From Ferruginibacter sp. (GTDB lineage Bacteria > Bacteroidota > Bacteroidia > Chitinophagales > Chitinophagaceae), in contig JBMOEQ010000001.1 of assembly GCA_049314655.1 (NCBI GenBank), positions 1-56,090 on the forward strand: 56,090 nt of DNA, read 5' to 3'. The notes beneath the pieces are model-generated. The model saw only the letters and a program-made list of their open reading frames with translations. It was not told where the DNA came from and did not search any database. Both the position numbers and the translations under genes were made by a program. Every line of letters begins with the position of its first letter. Position 1 is the first letter of the stretch. This document shows positions 1-9,616 of the stretch, piece after piece.

Positions 1-330
1 ATTGAGGCTGAAATATTGGAAGTTCCAGAGGTAACAATTGCAAGTTATACATTAGAAAATGTACCTACTTTGTTGGCAAATGAAACTAATGCAGAATCTG
101 AATTTGAAGACGGCGTAATTGGTATTGGTTTGCAGTCAAGATTTAATTTCATAATAGACTATCCAAATGGCAAAATGTACTTAAAACCAAGCAAATATTA
201 TAATGACTCGTTTAAAAAAAAAGATAACACTGATGTGAATTTAATTGTTGGACTTTCAATAGCAGTATTACTTTTAGGTGGACTTTTCATTATGTATAAA
301 AGAAGAAAAAATCATACTACAATCATATAA
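1..330 (+). CDS. C-terminal part of a retropepsin-like aspartyl protease family protein with C-terminal membrane anchor (5'-truncated by window edge)
   Basis: Frame open from base 1. DGVIG..LQSRFNFIIDYPNGKMYLKP matches the end of bacterial retropepsin-like domains. A hydrophobic helix followed by KRRK ends the protein. Confidence 0.65.
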   Translation: MEAEILEVPEVTIASYTLENVPTLLANETNAESEFEDGVIGIGLQSRFNFIIDYPNGKMYLKPSKYYNDSFKKKDNTDVNLIVGLSIAVLLLGGLFIMYKRRKNHTTII

Positions 331-348
331 ATTAATTCAGAAAAGAAC

Positions 349-846
349 ATGAAGAATATAAAAACTTACTTACTACTAATCACAATAATTCCGACTTTTA
401 TGATTTCGTGTAGTTCAACAAAAAAAACCTATTCTATTACTAAAAACTACAAACCCGATGACCCTCAACTTTATGAAACAATTGTAAAATTAGACAGCAT
501 TTTTTTTGGTGCTTACAATACCTGTAATTCTAATCTTGAAAAATACGGTTCTTTTTTCTCTGAAAACATTGAATTTTACCACGACAAAGGCGGTTTAATG
601 ACTTCAAAACAAGAATTAATTGATGCTACAAAAAGAAACATTTGTGGTAAAGTAACAAGAGAACTTGTAAAAGGAAGTATTGAAGTATATCCAATAAAAG
701 ATTTTGGAGCAATTGAAATTGGGTTGCACAAATTCCATAATAATCAAGAGCCAGTGGGTACACCCTCAAATGTTGGGCGGTTTATGATTATTTGGGAAAA
801 CAAAAATAATGATTGGAAAATAAGCCGAGTTGTAAGCCTGCATTAA
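349..846 (+). CDS. NTF2-like / DUF4440 family lipoprotein
   Basis: Lipobox-like MISC. LDSIFFGAYNTC, EFYHDKGG, RELVKGSIEVYPI and WKISRVVSLH are typical of the family. Confidence 0.85.
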   Translation: MKNIKTYLLLITIIPTFMISCSSTKKTYSITKNYKPDDPQLYETIVKLDSIFFGAYNTCNSNLEKYGSFFSENIEFYHDKGGLMTSKQELIDATKRNICGKVTRELVKGSIEVYPIKDFGAIEIGLHKFHNNQEPVGTPSNVGRFMIIWENKNNDWKISRVVSLH

Positions 847-865
847 AATTGTCGAAAAATATATA

Positions 866-2296
866 ATGAAAAAATTATTAATCATCTGTTTTATACTATT
901 CAAAATTAGTCCTGTTACTGCACAAGACGGTAATCTAGTATCGCCTAAAATTGCAAATAAACATTCGCTTACTTATAAAGAATTGAAAGAATATGAAGGA
1001 CTTTATCAGTACATTAATAACACAACGCTGAAAATTGCGGCATCACCAATAGACACTACATTACTTTGCATTATTAACGAGAGCAGATACCCATTTACTA
1101 CAATAAGCAAAGACATATTTTTAAATCCAGTAAAAGATAGCGTTGTCTTTTTAAGGAATAACCTAAATAAAGTAATAGGCTATAAATCAGGAAAAGATAC
1201 TTTTAATTTATTGCCGCAAAAAGTAAGTTTCCCAAAACAAATGTGGTATCCAAAACTTAATGTTCCTAAAAATTACATCTATTCTTACCAACAACCCAAG
1301 AATGACAATGACGGCTTGAAAACAGGCAATTTAGAAAACACAGGATTAAACAAGGAACTACTCAGCGAAATGGTGCAAAAAATCGTTGATGGCACTTATC
1401 CTAATGTTCATAGCGTTTTGATAATAAAAGATGGCAAGTTGGTTTTTGAAGAATATTTTTATGAACATGATAAAAATAAACTTCACGAACTTCGTTCAGC
1501 AACCAAAAGTTTCATTTCGGCACTCACAGGTATTGCCATTCAAAACGGTTATATTAAAAATAAAAATGAAAAAGTGCTGCTATATTTTCCTGAATACAAT
1601 TTTAAAAATAATTTAGATTTAAAAAAGCAAATCACTATTGAAAACTTATTGACCAATCAAAGCGGACTTGATTGTGATGTTTATAATCCAAAAGCAGTAG
1701 GAAATGAATCTCAAATGGCTTACGAAAATGATTGGATTCAATATTCACTTGACTTGCCTATGATAGATAGTGCAGGCGGAATAGGTCAATATTGTTCGAG
1801 TAACCCAATCATAATGGGTAGAATTATTGAAAAAGCAACAAAAATGATTTTGCCAGAATTTGCAAAACAAACGCTTTTTAAAGGAATTGGAATTAAAAAT
1901 TATAATTGGCAGTTCAAACCAGACCGATCAAGTGGAGAAACGTTTTGTCAATTAAATTTGAGGTCAAGAGATATGGCAAAATTTGGTTTATTATACCTCA
2001 ACAAGGGCTTGTGGAATGGGAAACAAGTAATTTCAAAAGAATGGGTGGAGCAATCGTTAGATAAACATTCCGTAATTGCAGGGCTTGATTACGGTTATTT
2101 ATGGTGGACAAAATATTTAGATGCAAACGGAGTGAGATATTATGGAAAATTGGCACAAGGAAATGGCGGACAAAAAATTTATATTTTCAAAGAACTAAAT
2201 TTGGTTACAGTAATTACAGCAGGGCATTACAATATGCAATCGTCAAGTAACGAGCTCAATGCAAAATATATTTTGCCTGCGTTTAACAAAAAATGA
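866..2296 (+). CDS. Serine hydrolase, beta-lactamase class C-like (AmpC/penicillin-binding superfamily)
   Basis: SxxK motif (LRSATKS), Y-x-S motif (QYCSS), YGYLWW and AQGNGGQ; N-terminal signal peptide. Confidence 0.88.
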   Translation: MKKLLIICFILFKISPVTAQDGNLVSPKIANKHSLTYKELKEYEGLYQYINNTTLKIAASPIDTTLLCIINESRYPFTTISKDIFLNPVKDSVVFLRNNLNKVIGYKSGKDTFNLLPQKVSFPKQMWYPKLNVPKNYIYSYQQPKNDNDGLKTGNLENTGLNKELLSEMVQKIVDGTYPNVHSVLIIKDGKLVFEEYFYEHDKNKLHELRSATKSFISALTGIAIQNGYIKNKNEKVLLYFPEYNFKNNLDLKKQITIENLLTNQSGLDCDVYNPKAVGNESQMAYENDWIQYSLDLPMIDSAGGIGQYCSSNPIIMGRIIEKATKMILPEFAKQTLFKGIGIKNYNWQFKPDRSSGETFCQLNLRSRDMAKFGLLYLNKGLWNGKQVISKEWVEQSLDKHSVIAGLDYGYLWWTKYLDANGVRYYGKLAQGNGGQKIYIFKELNLVTVITAGHYNMQSSSNELNAKYILPAFNKK

Positions 2297-2742
2297 AAGT
2301 ACAAATGGAGCTTCAACCTATAGAATTAAATGTTGACAAGTCGAACGAAATGTATGCCTCGTCTAACTGCCAAGAATTAATAAATTCTATGAACGAATTT
2401 TATCCAAAAATTGGGTTCAACAAACCATGGGTTGGATATTTCGTTTTAAACAATAATCAAGTTGTAGGGACTGGTGGTTTCACAGGACAGCCTAAAGATG
2501 GGAAAGTTGAAATTGCATATTGGACATTTAAAGAATTTGAACAACAAGGAATAGCTTCTTTCGTTTGTCAACAACTTATTAAAATAGCAAGAGCTACCAA
2601 TCCAGATATAATAATAACAGCTAAAACAGCACCCGAACATAACCCTTCAACAAAAATTTTACAGCATAACAGATTTACATTTACCGAAATAGTAAATGAT
2701 GATGAAATTGGCGACGCTTGGCTATGGACTCTTGAGAAATGA
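2293..2742 (+). CDS. GNAT family N-acetyltransferase (RimJ/RimL-like)
   Basis: VGTGGF, VEIAYWTF, acetyl-CoA loop QQGIAS, NPSTKIL. 4-bp ATGA overlap with the upstream gene. Confidence 0.85.
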   Translation: MKVQMELQPIELNVDKSNEMYASSNCQELINSMNEFYPKIGFNKPWVGYFVLNNNQVVGTGGFTGQPKDGKVEIAYWTFKEFEQQGIASFVCQQLIKIARATNPDIIITAKTAPEHNPSTKILQHNRFTFTEIVNDDEIGDAWLWTLEK

Positions 2743-2770
2743 AAATTAACCAACGAGAAGAAAACTTAAC

Positions 2771-2825
2771 TACAAACAGCGGCAATTAATAAAATTGGTA
2801 CTTAACAAAGTTACATCGACATCAA
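2771..2825 (+). repeat. Left half of the intergenic cassette-spacer element (truncated)
   Basis: aacagcggcaattaataaaattggtacttaacaaagttacatcgac (2775) aligns with aacagcggttttccgaaattggggataaacaagaatacatcaac (9364). Confidence 0.55.
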
Positions 2826-2832
2826 TTGACAT

Positions 2833-3690
2833 CTACTCTATAACAAATTTGTACCCCCTACCATGTACATTAATAAATTTAATAGAATTATCGTCGCTTA
2901 ATTTCTTACGTAATTTAGATACCAATACATCCACATTTCTACTGATTACAACTATACCATTATCTTCCCAAATTTCTTTCATCAGTTTTTCCCTTTCTAC
3001 AATTTGATTGATATTGTCTGCAAATATTTTTAGTGCTTTTGATTCATTATCAGATAGTGTAATACTTTTATGCCCAATTTTAAGAACATTATTTTCTGTG
3101 TAAAATTGATAATTCCCTAATGGCATATATTCATTATTATCAAAGATCGATGCTGGCACTTCTTTTTTCAGAAACTTATCTTTCATATAAAAACCAACAA
3201 TACTTAATGGAATAATCAATAGCAACAACCAAAAGAAATTAAATTGGGCTTTCTGCAAAAATTCAATTTCAATAACATAACAACCCACTTCCAACTTACG
3301 GCCCCTGCACGGTGTTAAATCGCCGGTATGGCTATTTATTTCGAATGCAAAAACAGCTTCCTTTTGATTACAACTCCTCAGATTCACTATATAATCTTTT
3401 GATTGCGCATTGTTTTGAAATGTTCGTTGAATTAAATTAATGAGTGTATCTGATATAAAACCAAAATCATTTTGAAAAGAAATTTGGTATTTATGTTCAT
3501 CTATTTTCTTAACCGGCATCACCCTAGAAGAAGAATCTTTCGCTGAAAGCAACAATTGATGTCCTATATTACGCAATACCACTTCCAAATGATTTGGAGG
3601 AATCTGCTGTTGTTTATTATTAAATGCAAAAACAGTAATCAAAATACCAACTACTATAATTGAAGATCCAAAAAGAATAAATCGCTTCAT
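2833..3690 (-). CDS. Membrane-anchored transcriptional regulator with C-terminal OmpR/PhoB-type winged helix
   Basis: Two hydrophobic segments flank a Cys-containing extracytoplasmic domain. C-terminus has VEREKLMKEIW..SRNVDVLVSKLRKKL..INVHGRGYKF (Trans_reg_C). No receiver domain. Confidence 0.85.
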   Translation of the reverse strand: MKRFILFGSSIIVVGILITVFAFNNKQQQIPPNHLEVVLRNIGHQLLLSAKDSSSRVMPVKKIDEHKYQISFQNDFGFISDTLINLIQRTFQNNAQSKDYIVNLRSCNQKEAVFAFEINSHTGDLTPCRGRKLEVGCYVIEIEFLQKAQFNFFWLLLLIIPLSIVGFYMKDKFLKKEVPASIFDNNEYMPLGNYQFYTENNVLKIGHKSITLSDNESKALKIFADNINQIVEREKLMKEIWEDNGIVVISRNVDVLVSKLRKKLSDDNSIKFINVHGRGYKFVIE

Positions 3691-3695
3691 ATGTG

Positions 3696-3703
3696 CAAAA
3701 TTA
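3696..3703 (-). promoter_or_regulatory. Bacteroidota -7 promoter element (TAATTTTG) for the wHTH regulator
   Basis: Exact TAnnTTTG on the - strand, 5 nt before the ATG at 3690. Confidence 0.5.
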
Positions 3704-3728
3704 TCAATTACACAGCAGTTTAAGGATA

Positions 3729-3766
3729 TTTACAAACGTTTTACACTTGTTTTACATCTTTTTACT
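3729..3766. promoter_or_regulatory. Tandem TTTAC(A) direct repeats, candidate OmpR/PhoB-type operator
   Basis: TTTACA at 3729, 3740 and 3751, TTTACT at 3761 (11/11/10-bp period), inside the divergent promoter region. Confidence 0.6.
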
Positions 3767-3835
3767 ACTAAAAAGCTGCCCAATAATTGGCACCGGATAT
3801 CTTTACTTTATTATTTCACCAAATCAATTAAAGTT

Positions 3836-4978
3836 ATGAAGTTTATCTATCCCCTAGTTTTTTTGTGGTCCATCCCTGTTATTTCGACGCTCCTTTTTCA
3901 ACCCTTCTCTTCCTGTAACCAGGAGGTAAAATTGGCACCGTCTTCCCTTACAGATAGTGTGTTAATGCAAAAACGAGAAAAGTCTGGAGTAGCAAACATC
4001 GTTTTAAAATCCACTGATAATGGACAATCATGGCAGAACATTAGCGAAGGACTACCCAAACCTGTGCAGCAAATAAGTGCTGACGGCATAAATATTCTTT
4101 TTGCAGATGACGCTGGACTCTGGTTCTCTGCTGCGGATGGGATTTATCACAATAAATCAAATACTAAAGGTCCTTTTTGGGAAAAAGAGACTATTCCCGA
4201 AAATCATACCAGTATTGCACCCGGAAAGACAGGGATATATGCTTACAATTACGGAGGTGCAGGAATTTTTCACAAAACAAACGGATCGAGTGTGTGGACG
4301 CCGGTATTCCCCAATTTCAAGGAAAACAGCATATTCAACGTTTTTGAAACTGCCGATGGTACAATTTTTATTGGGACTTACAGGGGGCTTTTCAAATCTA
4401 CGAACAATGGAAAATCATGGAAACAACTGCCCATAGGAGGCGGTGGTAAAATAATAGAATCAAATGGTGTACTCCTTGCTACTAACGAAGCCGGTATATT
4501 AAGATCAACCGATGATGGTGAAAACTGGGCTGTGGTGATCGGTGAAGAAGGTGTGGGCATCGATGTAGAACGCATCGAAGGCGGATTCGCTGCTATTAAT
4601 TACAGTACAGCCGCAAAAACCAGAAGAATAAGAACATCGTACGACGGCGGCAAAACCTGGAAACCCATTGATGTAGGATTCCCGGGGCAAACTATAATAG
4701 ACAATATATGGATACGAAATAATGAAGATCAGCTGGCACAAGGCAATGTCGACTCTAATTGGCATGCTAAAGAAGCTCCCCATCCTCAGCTAGAGTACAA
4801 AACCACAATCATCCAAGTGGGTGAAAACTTTTTTTGTGGTCATACTAACGGCATTTACAGGTCATCAGATAAGGGTAAAACATGGAAACTGGTACGTTGT
4901 GCTGAAGAAGGAAAGATGTTTAAATTATTTGTTTCCGGCAATGTAATTTATGCAATACAAACGGCGGCACATTGTTAA
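3836..4978 (+). CDS. BNR/Asp-box repeat beta-propeller protein (YCF48/sialidase-like), probable lipoprotein
   Basis: Repeated Asp-boxes STDNGQSW, STNNGKSW, STDDGENW, SYDGGKTW, SSDKGKTW; FSSC lipobox-like sequence. Confidence 0.8.
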   Translation: MKFIYPLVFLWSIPVISTLLFQPFSSCNQEVKLAPSSLTDSVLMQKREKSGVANIVLKSTDNGQSWQNISEGLPKPVQQISADGINILFADDAGLWFSAADGIYHNKSNTKGPFWEKETIPENHTSIAPGKTGIYAYNYGGAGIFHKTNGSSVWTPVFPNFKENSIFNVFETADGTIFIGTYRGLFKSTNNGKSWKQLPIGGGGKIIESNGVLLATNEAGILRSTDDGENWAVVIGEEGVGIDVERIEGGFAAINYSTAAKTRRIRTSYDGGKTWKPIDVGFPGQTIIDNIWIRNNEDQLAQGNVDSNWHAKEAPHPQLEYKTTIIQVGENFFCGHTNGIYRSSDKGKTWKLVRCAEEGKMFKLFVSGNVIYAIQTAAHC

Positions 4979-5034
4979 ACCAGCTTAAAACTAAATAATA
5001 AAAAAAATAGTTAGATTATTTGTACGAATAGTTT

Positions 5035-5061
5035 TGTAACACCTTCCAGTTTTTCCATCTA
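5035..5061 (+). promoter_or_regulatory. Candidate ECF sigma promoter (TGTAAC-N15-CATCTA)
   Basis: AAC-type -35 and CATC/CGTC-type -10 spaced 15 nt apart, 20 nt upstream of the ATG at 5082, in the same gene run as an ECF sigma gene. Confidence 0.4.
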
Positions 5062-5081
5062 ATTGTCATAAACAAAAAAAT

Positions 5082-5741
5082 ATGAAAATGACAACTTTAG
5101 AAAATTGGATTATGTTATCAATATTTGCAGTAAATGTTTCGGCTTGCGGTGCCGAAACATTTAATTATTCTAATAACGTTAAAAACTTTGCTAAAAGCGA
5201 TACTTCCGCACTCACAACCTTAACAATTACAAAAGTGAAGAAGCCTTGGTATGCTTGGAAGGGCTTGGTTGTGGGTAAGATGAAAAAGTCATTTCCAGAA
5301 TATTCTGCTGTAAAAGGATTGGAACACAAATACTATTCCTTTACAGAAGATCACCATTATTTTGGTGGCGTTTATCTTTGGAAATCTGAACAAGATGCTA
5401 AAAATTGGTTCAATCAGGCTTGGTTTGATAGAACAGAAAAAAAATATGGAGAAAAAGGCATCGTGCAAAGTTTTCAAATTCAGCACATAAAAACAATTTC
5501 TATTCCACCAAAAAATGAAGGCCATTATTATGCGGTATTATCGTATTCAAAACATACATCAAATGACTTTAATGCCAACACAAAAGGCCTGTTTCAAATA
5601 ATTGAATTGACAGATTCAAATCAAAAACGCTGTTACCTAACTGTTTGGGAGAATATGAAAATGGCTCGTTCCTTTTTCAATTCTAACGCATTTGATAATG
5701 AATATTATGAAGTGCCACTGGTATTAAATAATGGAAAATGA
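5082..5741 (+). CDS. YdhR-like putative mono-oxygenase domain protein
   Basis: GLEHKYYSFTE..FGGVYLWKSEQDAKNWF is the YdhR/dimeric alpha-beta barrel signature. Confidence 0.7.
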   Translation: MKMTTLENWIMLSIFAVNVSACGAETFNYSNNVKNFAKSDTSALTTLTITKVKKPWYAWKGLVVGKMKKSFPEYSAVKGLEHKYYSFTEDHHYFGGVYLWKSEQDAKNWFNQAWFDRTEKKYGEKGIVQSFQIQHIKTISIPPKNEGHYYAVLSYSKHTSNDFNANTKGLFQIIELTDSNQKRCYLTVWENMKMARSFFNSNAFDNEYYEVPLVLNNGK

Positions 5742-5958
5742 AAACAATTCTAAAAATAGTTGCATCTTCTGATTTAGTAGCAAGGCAATATCATCCAAGA
5801 AAGTAGACGAAAAGATATTTTAAGCTATATCCAACAAAAAGAAATGTCGAGGTATTCGGTTGGTAACATTCAATCGCTTATGTTGAATAATTTTAGACAA
5901 ATACTACCTTTAAATTCTTTGTTGAATAAAAAAATAAAGAATTAAAAAATAATAAAGC

Positions 5959-6774
5959 ATGTTTAGTGAAAAATATAACCCAAATCTTGACGTTGAATTA
6001 ATTAAAGAGTCAGTTGCGGGGAATAAAACTTCTTTGGAGAGACTAATTCATATTCATCAAGATTATATCTATAACATTTCCCTGAAACTGTTTTCAAATC
6101 CTGACGACGCCCTAGATGCAACACAAGAAATCTTGATAAAAGTTATTACATCATTAAAGACATTTAAAGGAGAAAGCCAGTTTCGTACATGGTTATATAG
6201 AATAGCATTGAATCATTTTCTCAACACACCTAAACAGAAAATGGAACTTTTATTAGAGCTTAATTCATCCCATTATTCTGGTTTTTCTGATGAGATTGAA
6301 AAAGATGAAATAAACGAAGAAGAAATCGAGGAAGTGAGACTTCTATGTTCAACTGCCATGTTGATGTGCCTTAACAGAGAACAGCGATTGCTCTATATCA
6401 TTGGCGAAATCTTTGGAGCAGATCATAATTTGGGTGCAGAACTTTTTGATCTTACACCTGCAAATTATCGTGTAAAATTGCATCGTGCAAAATCTGATTT
6501 ACTAAGTTTTGTTTCAGGTAAATGTGGCATTATTAATCCCAATAATTCTTGCAGATGCCCAAAGAAAGCAAGAACCTTGATAGAGAAAGGCATTGTAGAT
6601 AAAAATGATTTAAAATTTAATTCAGATTATTCAAAAAAGATTAATGAAATTGTTGTAAGTCAAAAAAATGAATTAAGCGACAAGATTCAATTACAGCTTC
6701 AAGGATTATTTAAAGATAGTCCATTCCAAATCAAAGCAGAGCTTGATCAACTGGTTAATGAAATTGTACAATAA
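5959..6774 (+). CDS. ECF-type RNA polymerase sigma factor with Cys-rich C-terminal extension
   Basis: Region 2 DALDATQEILIK..FKGESQFRTWLYRIALN; region 4 LNREQRL..YRVKLHRAK; extension CGIINPNNSCRCPKK. Confidence 0.9.
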   Translation: MFSEKYNPNLDVELIKESVAGNKTSLERLIHIHQDYIYNISLKLFSNPDDALDATQEILIKVITSLKTFKGESQFRTWLYRIALNHFLNTPKQKMELLLELNSSHYSGFSDEIEKDEINEEEIEEVRLLCSTAMLMCLNREQRLLYIIGEIFGADHNLGAELFDLTPANYRVKLHRAKSDLLSFVSGKCGIINPNNSCRCPKKARTLIEKGIVDKNDLKFNSDYSKKINEIVVSQKNELSDKIQLQLQGLFKDSPFQIKAELDQLVNEIVQ

Positions 6775-7044
6775 AATACTAAAAAAAGAAAAATGAACTA
6801 AGAGAACAAAGGATAATCTCTTAAAAAATATACCTATTGTAGAAACTTGACCTCATGTAAGCTTCTCGTTATTAGGCCGAGATAGCTTAGAGTTAAAACA
6901 CTTTTTTTACCTCAAATATTTTAGTGAAATTTAACCTGATGTTTTTACAGGTTATTTTAGTATGTTTAGTAACAAACTAAGACAAATACACAGCATCTTT
7001 TGTCTCACTTTTAAAAGAACTCCCCCAACGGATTAAATTGATTT

Positions 7045-8046
7045 ATGAAAAAAGTAATTGTATTTGTAAGCGTAAGTTTACTCATTGTAAAAATAATAGT
7101 TGCCCAACAAAGTATGGCTACTATACAAGCTACAAAACAAGATATACTTTTAAAATTCAATTCTGATAGTATTGTTTGGCGTATTGAACCTCAAAAAAAT
7201 CCTGATATATTTTATGTTGAAAGTTCACTAAAACGTAAGCAAGCATGGTTTATTACAGATGTTGATTCACTGTATTTTGATATTGAAGCGGGTAAAAAAT
7301 ACGATTTCATAATTCAATATAATAATCAAAATTGTTACAGTCGAATAGAAGCATTAGAAAATCCGATTTTATTGAATAGATATTTTGGCTTTACTATTTT
7401 ATGCTTAGTGTTATTAATTGTAGCAATCATTTTTTATAAGGCAATTTCTATTCCTTCAAATAAGCTAACTCCATTTGGTTTAATTACACCGCTTTTATTT
7501 TGGTTATTTACAATTATAGCTGGATTTATACACGGCAATTATAATCACCTTAAAAACGCTGTTAGCAACCTTGGAGAAATTGGAAGTACTTCGGAAATTA
7601 TTATGGCAATTTTTACATTTATCTTAGCAATTTCTTCCATGTTATTTTCTATAGGTTTTTACAAAGAAAGTAAACAACATAATCAAAATGTATTGCCCGC
7701 AGTTTTAAGTTTTGCCATGGCAATTTCATTTCTATGGGCAGCTATATTTCCGGCTGGGCATCAGATGCATGGAACTTTAGGTCCTTTACCCATTTTAATT
7801 ATTATTGGCGCATTGTTACTTGCATTGTTTTGGAAAAAAACCAATCCATCTTATAATATAAAATTATGGAGTGTTGTAAGCTTTGTATTTATGTGTCTTT
7901 TTGTTCTAAGATTTATACCTTCAATTCAACAACACTATGAAGGCGCTATACAAAGAACTTTATATGTAGGATGGAGCACTTGGTTTATTTCGATCTATGT
8001 TTATTTTAAAACTTTAAATAAACATAATACTATGGAAATCCACTAA
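7045..8046 (+). CDS. DUF998 family membrane protein with extra N-terminal soluble domain
   Basis: YNHLKNAVSNLG, IFP..HG and GAIQR motifs of DUF998 with about 6 TM helices, preceded by a signal peptide and a ~90-aa beta-rich domain. Confidence 0.7.
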   Translation: MKKVIVFVSVSLLIVKIIVAQQSMATIQATKQDILLKFNSDSIVWRIEPQKNPDIFYVESSLKRKQAWFITDVDSLYFDIEAGKKYDFIIQYNNQNCYSRIEALENPILLNRYFGFTILCLVLLIVAIIFYKAISIPSNKLTPFGLITPLLFWLFTIIAGFIHGNYNHLKNAVSNLGEIGSTSEIIMAIFTFILAISSMLFSIGFYKESKQHNQNVLPAVLSFAMAISFLWAAIFPAGHQMHGTLGPLPILIIIGALLLALFWKKTNPSYNIKLWSVVSFVFMCLFVLRFIPSIQQHYEGAIQRTLYVGWSTWFISIYVYFKTLNKHNTMEIH

Positions 8047-8188
8047 AATTTATTGTGAAATACAATTTCACTATTTGCTTCATAACTGTTGAAGATCAGT
8101 AAGATTTTTCAATCTGATAGATTACAATAGAACTAGAATAGAAGCCGTTATTTCAGGTACAGTTTCAAAAACAAAAAGCTTGGAAGAC

Positions 8189-8284
8189 TGCAAGTTGACA
8201 TAACGAGAAATGTTATTTTTTACAATTCACCATGTTGTACATCATTACGAAACATCAAAACAACACTTGAAACAATATCAATAA
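8189..8284 (+). pseudogene. DinB-family gene relic (C-terminal fragment)
   Basis: Translates CKLT*REMLFFTIHHVVHHYETSKQHLKQYQ*, resembling the GKLTxREMLxFTxxHxxHH end of DinB-like proteins. In-frame TAA at 8201-8203. Confidence 0.6.
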
Positions 8285-8402
8285 ATGGCTGCCCACCAAC
8301 ATCAGCTCATTTTTTTAATAGGGCTTTCAAGTTCTCATTAGTCAACTACTCTACTTCAGTAGAGCCGCATGATTAATGCGTAAATAACCAATAAATCAAA
8401 AA

Positions 8403-9344
8403 ATGAAATACAATAAATACTTAAAAGACTCAACTCTAGTTTCTGAAATTGGACTTGGCGCATGGCAGTTGGGTAATAATTCAGGATGGAAAAGTATGTT
8501 GGAGAAAGATGCAATAGAACTAGTAAAAAAATCATTAGAATACGGTATAAATTTTTTTGATACAGCACCAAATTATGGACATGGAACTGGAGAAGCCAGG
8601 CTTGGTAAAGCACTTAAAGGTGTTGACAGAAGTACAATAGTAATCAATACTAAGTTTGGACATACCGATACAGGTGATATAAATTTTAGTGCAGATAATA
8701 TTCGGAAATCTTTGGAGGGCAGTCTTAAAAGATTACAAGTTGATTATGTTGATTCGCTTCTAATGCATAATCCACCTGTAACATATTTAGATGGCGAACA
8801 AAATAAGCATTACGAAATTCTTGAGCGATTAATTGAGGAGGGAAAAATAAAAGCCTATGGCGCCTCTCTGGATACTTCCGAAGACATAAAATTGTTACTG
8901 AATACTACAGGAGCAAAAGCCATTGAAGTTTTTTTTAACATACTGCACCAAGATACCGCTCAAGCATTTGTTATGGCAATCGAAAAAGAGGTTGGTATAA
9001 TCGTTAAAATCCCTCTCGACTCTGGTTGGCTTTCAGGGAAATACAATGCTGAAAGCACATTTAATGACATTAGAAGTCGTTGGTCCAAAGAAAGTATTCA
9101 AACGAGAGCACATTTGGTAAATAGAGTAAAAGAAATTATTAACGAAAAAGTTAATCTTGCACAAAAAGCTTTATCATTTTGCCTAGCTTATAAAGCTGTA
9201 TCAACCGTTATTCCGGGGAATATAAATACTGCACAGTTAAAAAATAATGTAGAAAGCGTTAATAACCCAATGACATGTGAAGTCATTAAAAATTTGGAAG
9301 ATTTTTATTTAAATGAAGTTAAACACCTTAATCTTCCTTGGTAA
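8403..9344 (+). CDS. Aldo/keto reductase
   Basis: VSEIGLGAWQLG, GINFFDTAPNYG, INTKFG, SLKRLQVDYVD.LLMH, VSTVIPG. Confidence 0.95.
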   Translation: MKYNKYLKDSTLVSEIGLGAWQLGNNSGWKSMLEKDAIELVKKSLEYGINFFDTAPNYGHGTGEARLGKALKGVDRSTIVINTKFGHTDTGDINFSADNIRKSLEGSLKRLQVDYVDSLLMHNPPVTYLDGEQNKHYEILERLIEEGKIKAYGASLDTSEDIKLLLNTTGAKAIEVFFNILHQDTAQAFVMAIEKEVGIIVKIPLDSGWLSGKYNAESTFNDIRSRWSKESIQTRAHLVNRVKEIINEKVNLAQKALSFCLAYKAVSTVIPGNINTAQLKNNVESVNNPMTCEVIKNLEDFYLNEVKHLNLPW

Positions 9345-9454
9345 ATAACATTCATTAGCAAGTAACAGCGGTTTTCCGAAATTGGGGATAAACAAGAATA
9401 CATCAACTTTAGGTTGCTATTCAACTTCAGTTAAAGGCTTGTCAGATTCTTAAA

Positions 9455-9493
9455 TTTCTTAAAACTTCACTTCAACATTATTTCCTACATTTA
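9455..9493 (+). repeat. 40-bp intergenic core motif, copy 1
   Basis: tttcttaaaacttcacttcaacattatttcctacattta. Confidence 0.8.
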
Positions 9494-9616
9494 ATTTACG
9501 TTTACGGGCTAATGGAATTTTAAACAACAACTGTACAAAGTTATCAATGTTGTTTGCTCTTAGAAAAAAATTTGCTACATCTAATCATAACTAATTTTTA
9601 CAAGAATAATAAATAT

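Noticed and set aside
6858-6935. Bulged hairpin (taagcttctcg/cgagatagctta) and a weak core-like stretch
   Set aside because: The hairpin has no U-tract and the motif match is too poor to count as a copy.
9554-9616. TTG-initiated N-terminal extension of the membrane protein
   Set aside because: It overlaps the right end of the spacer element; ATG 9617 with an A-rich leader is the more plausible start.
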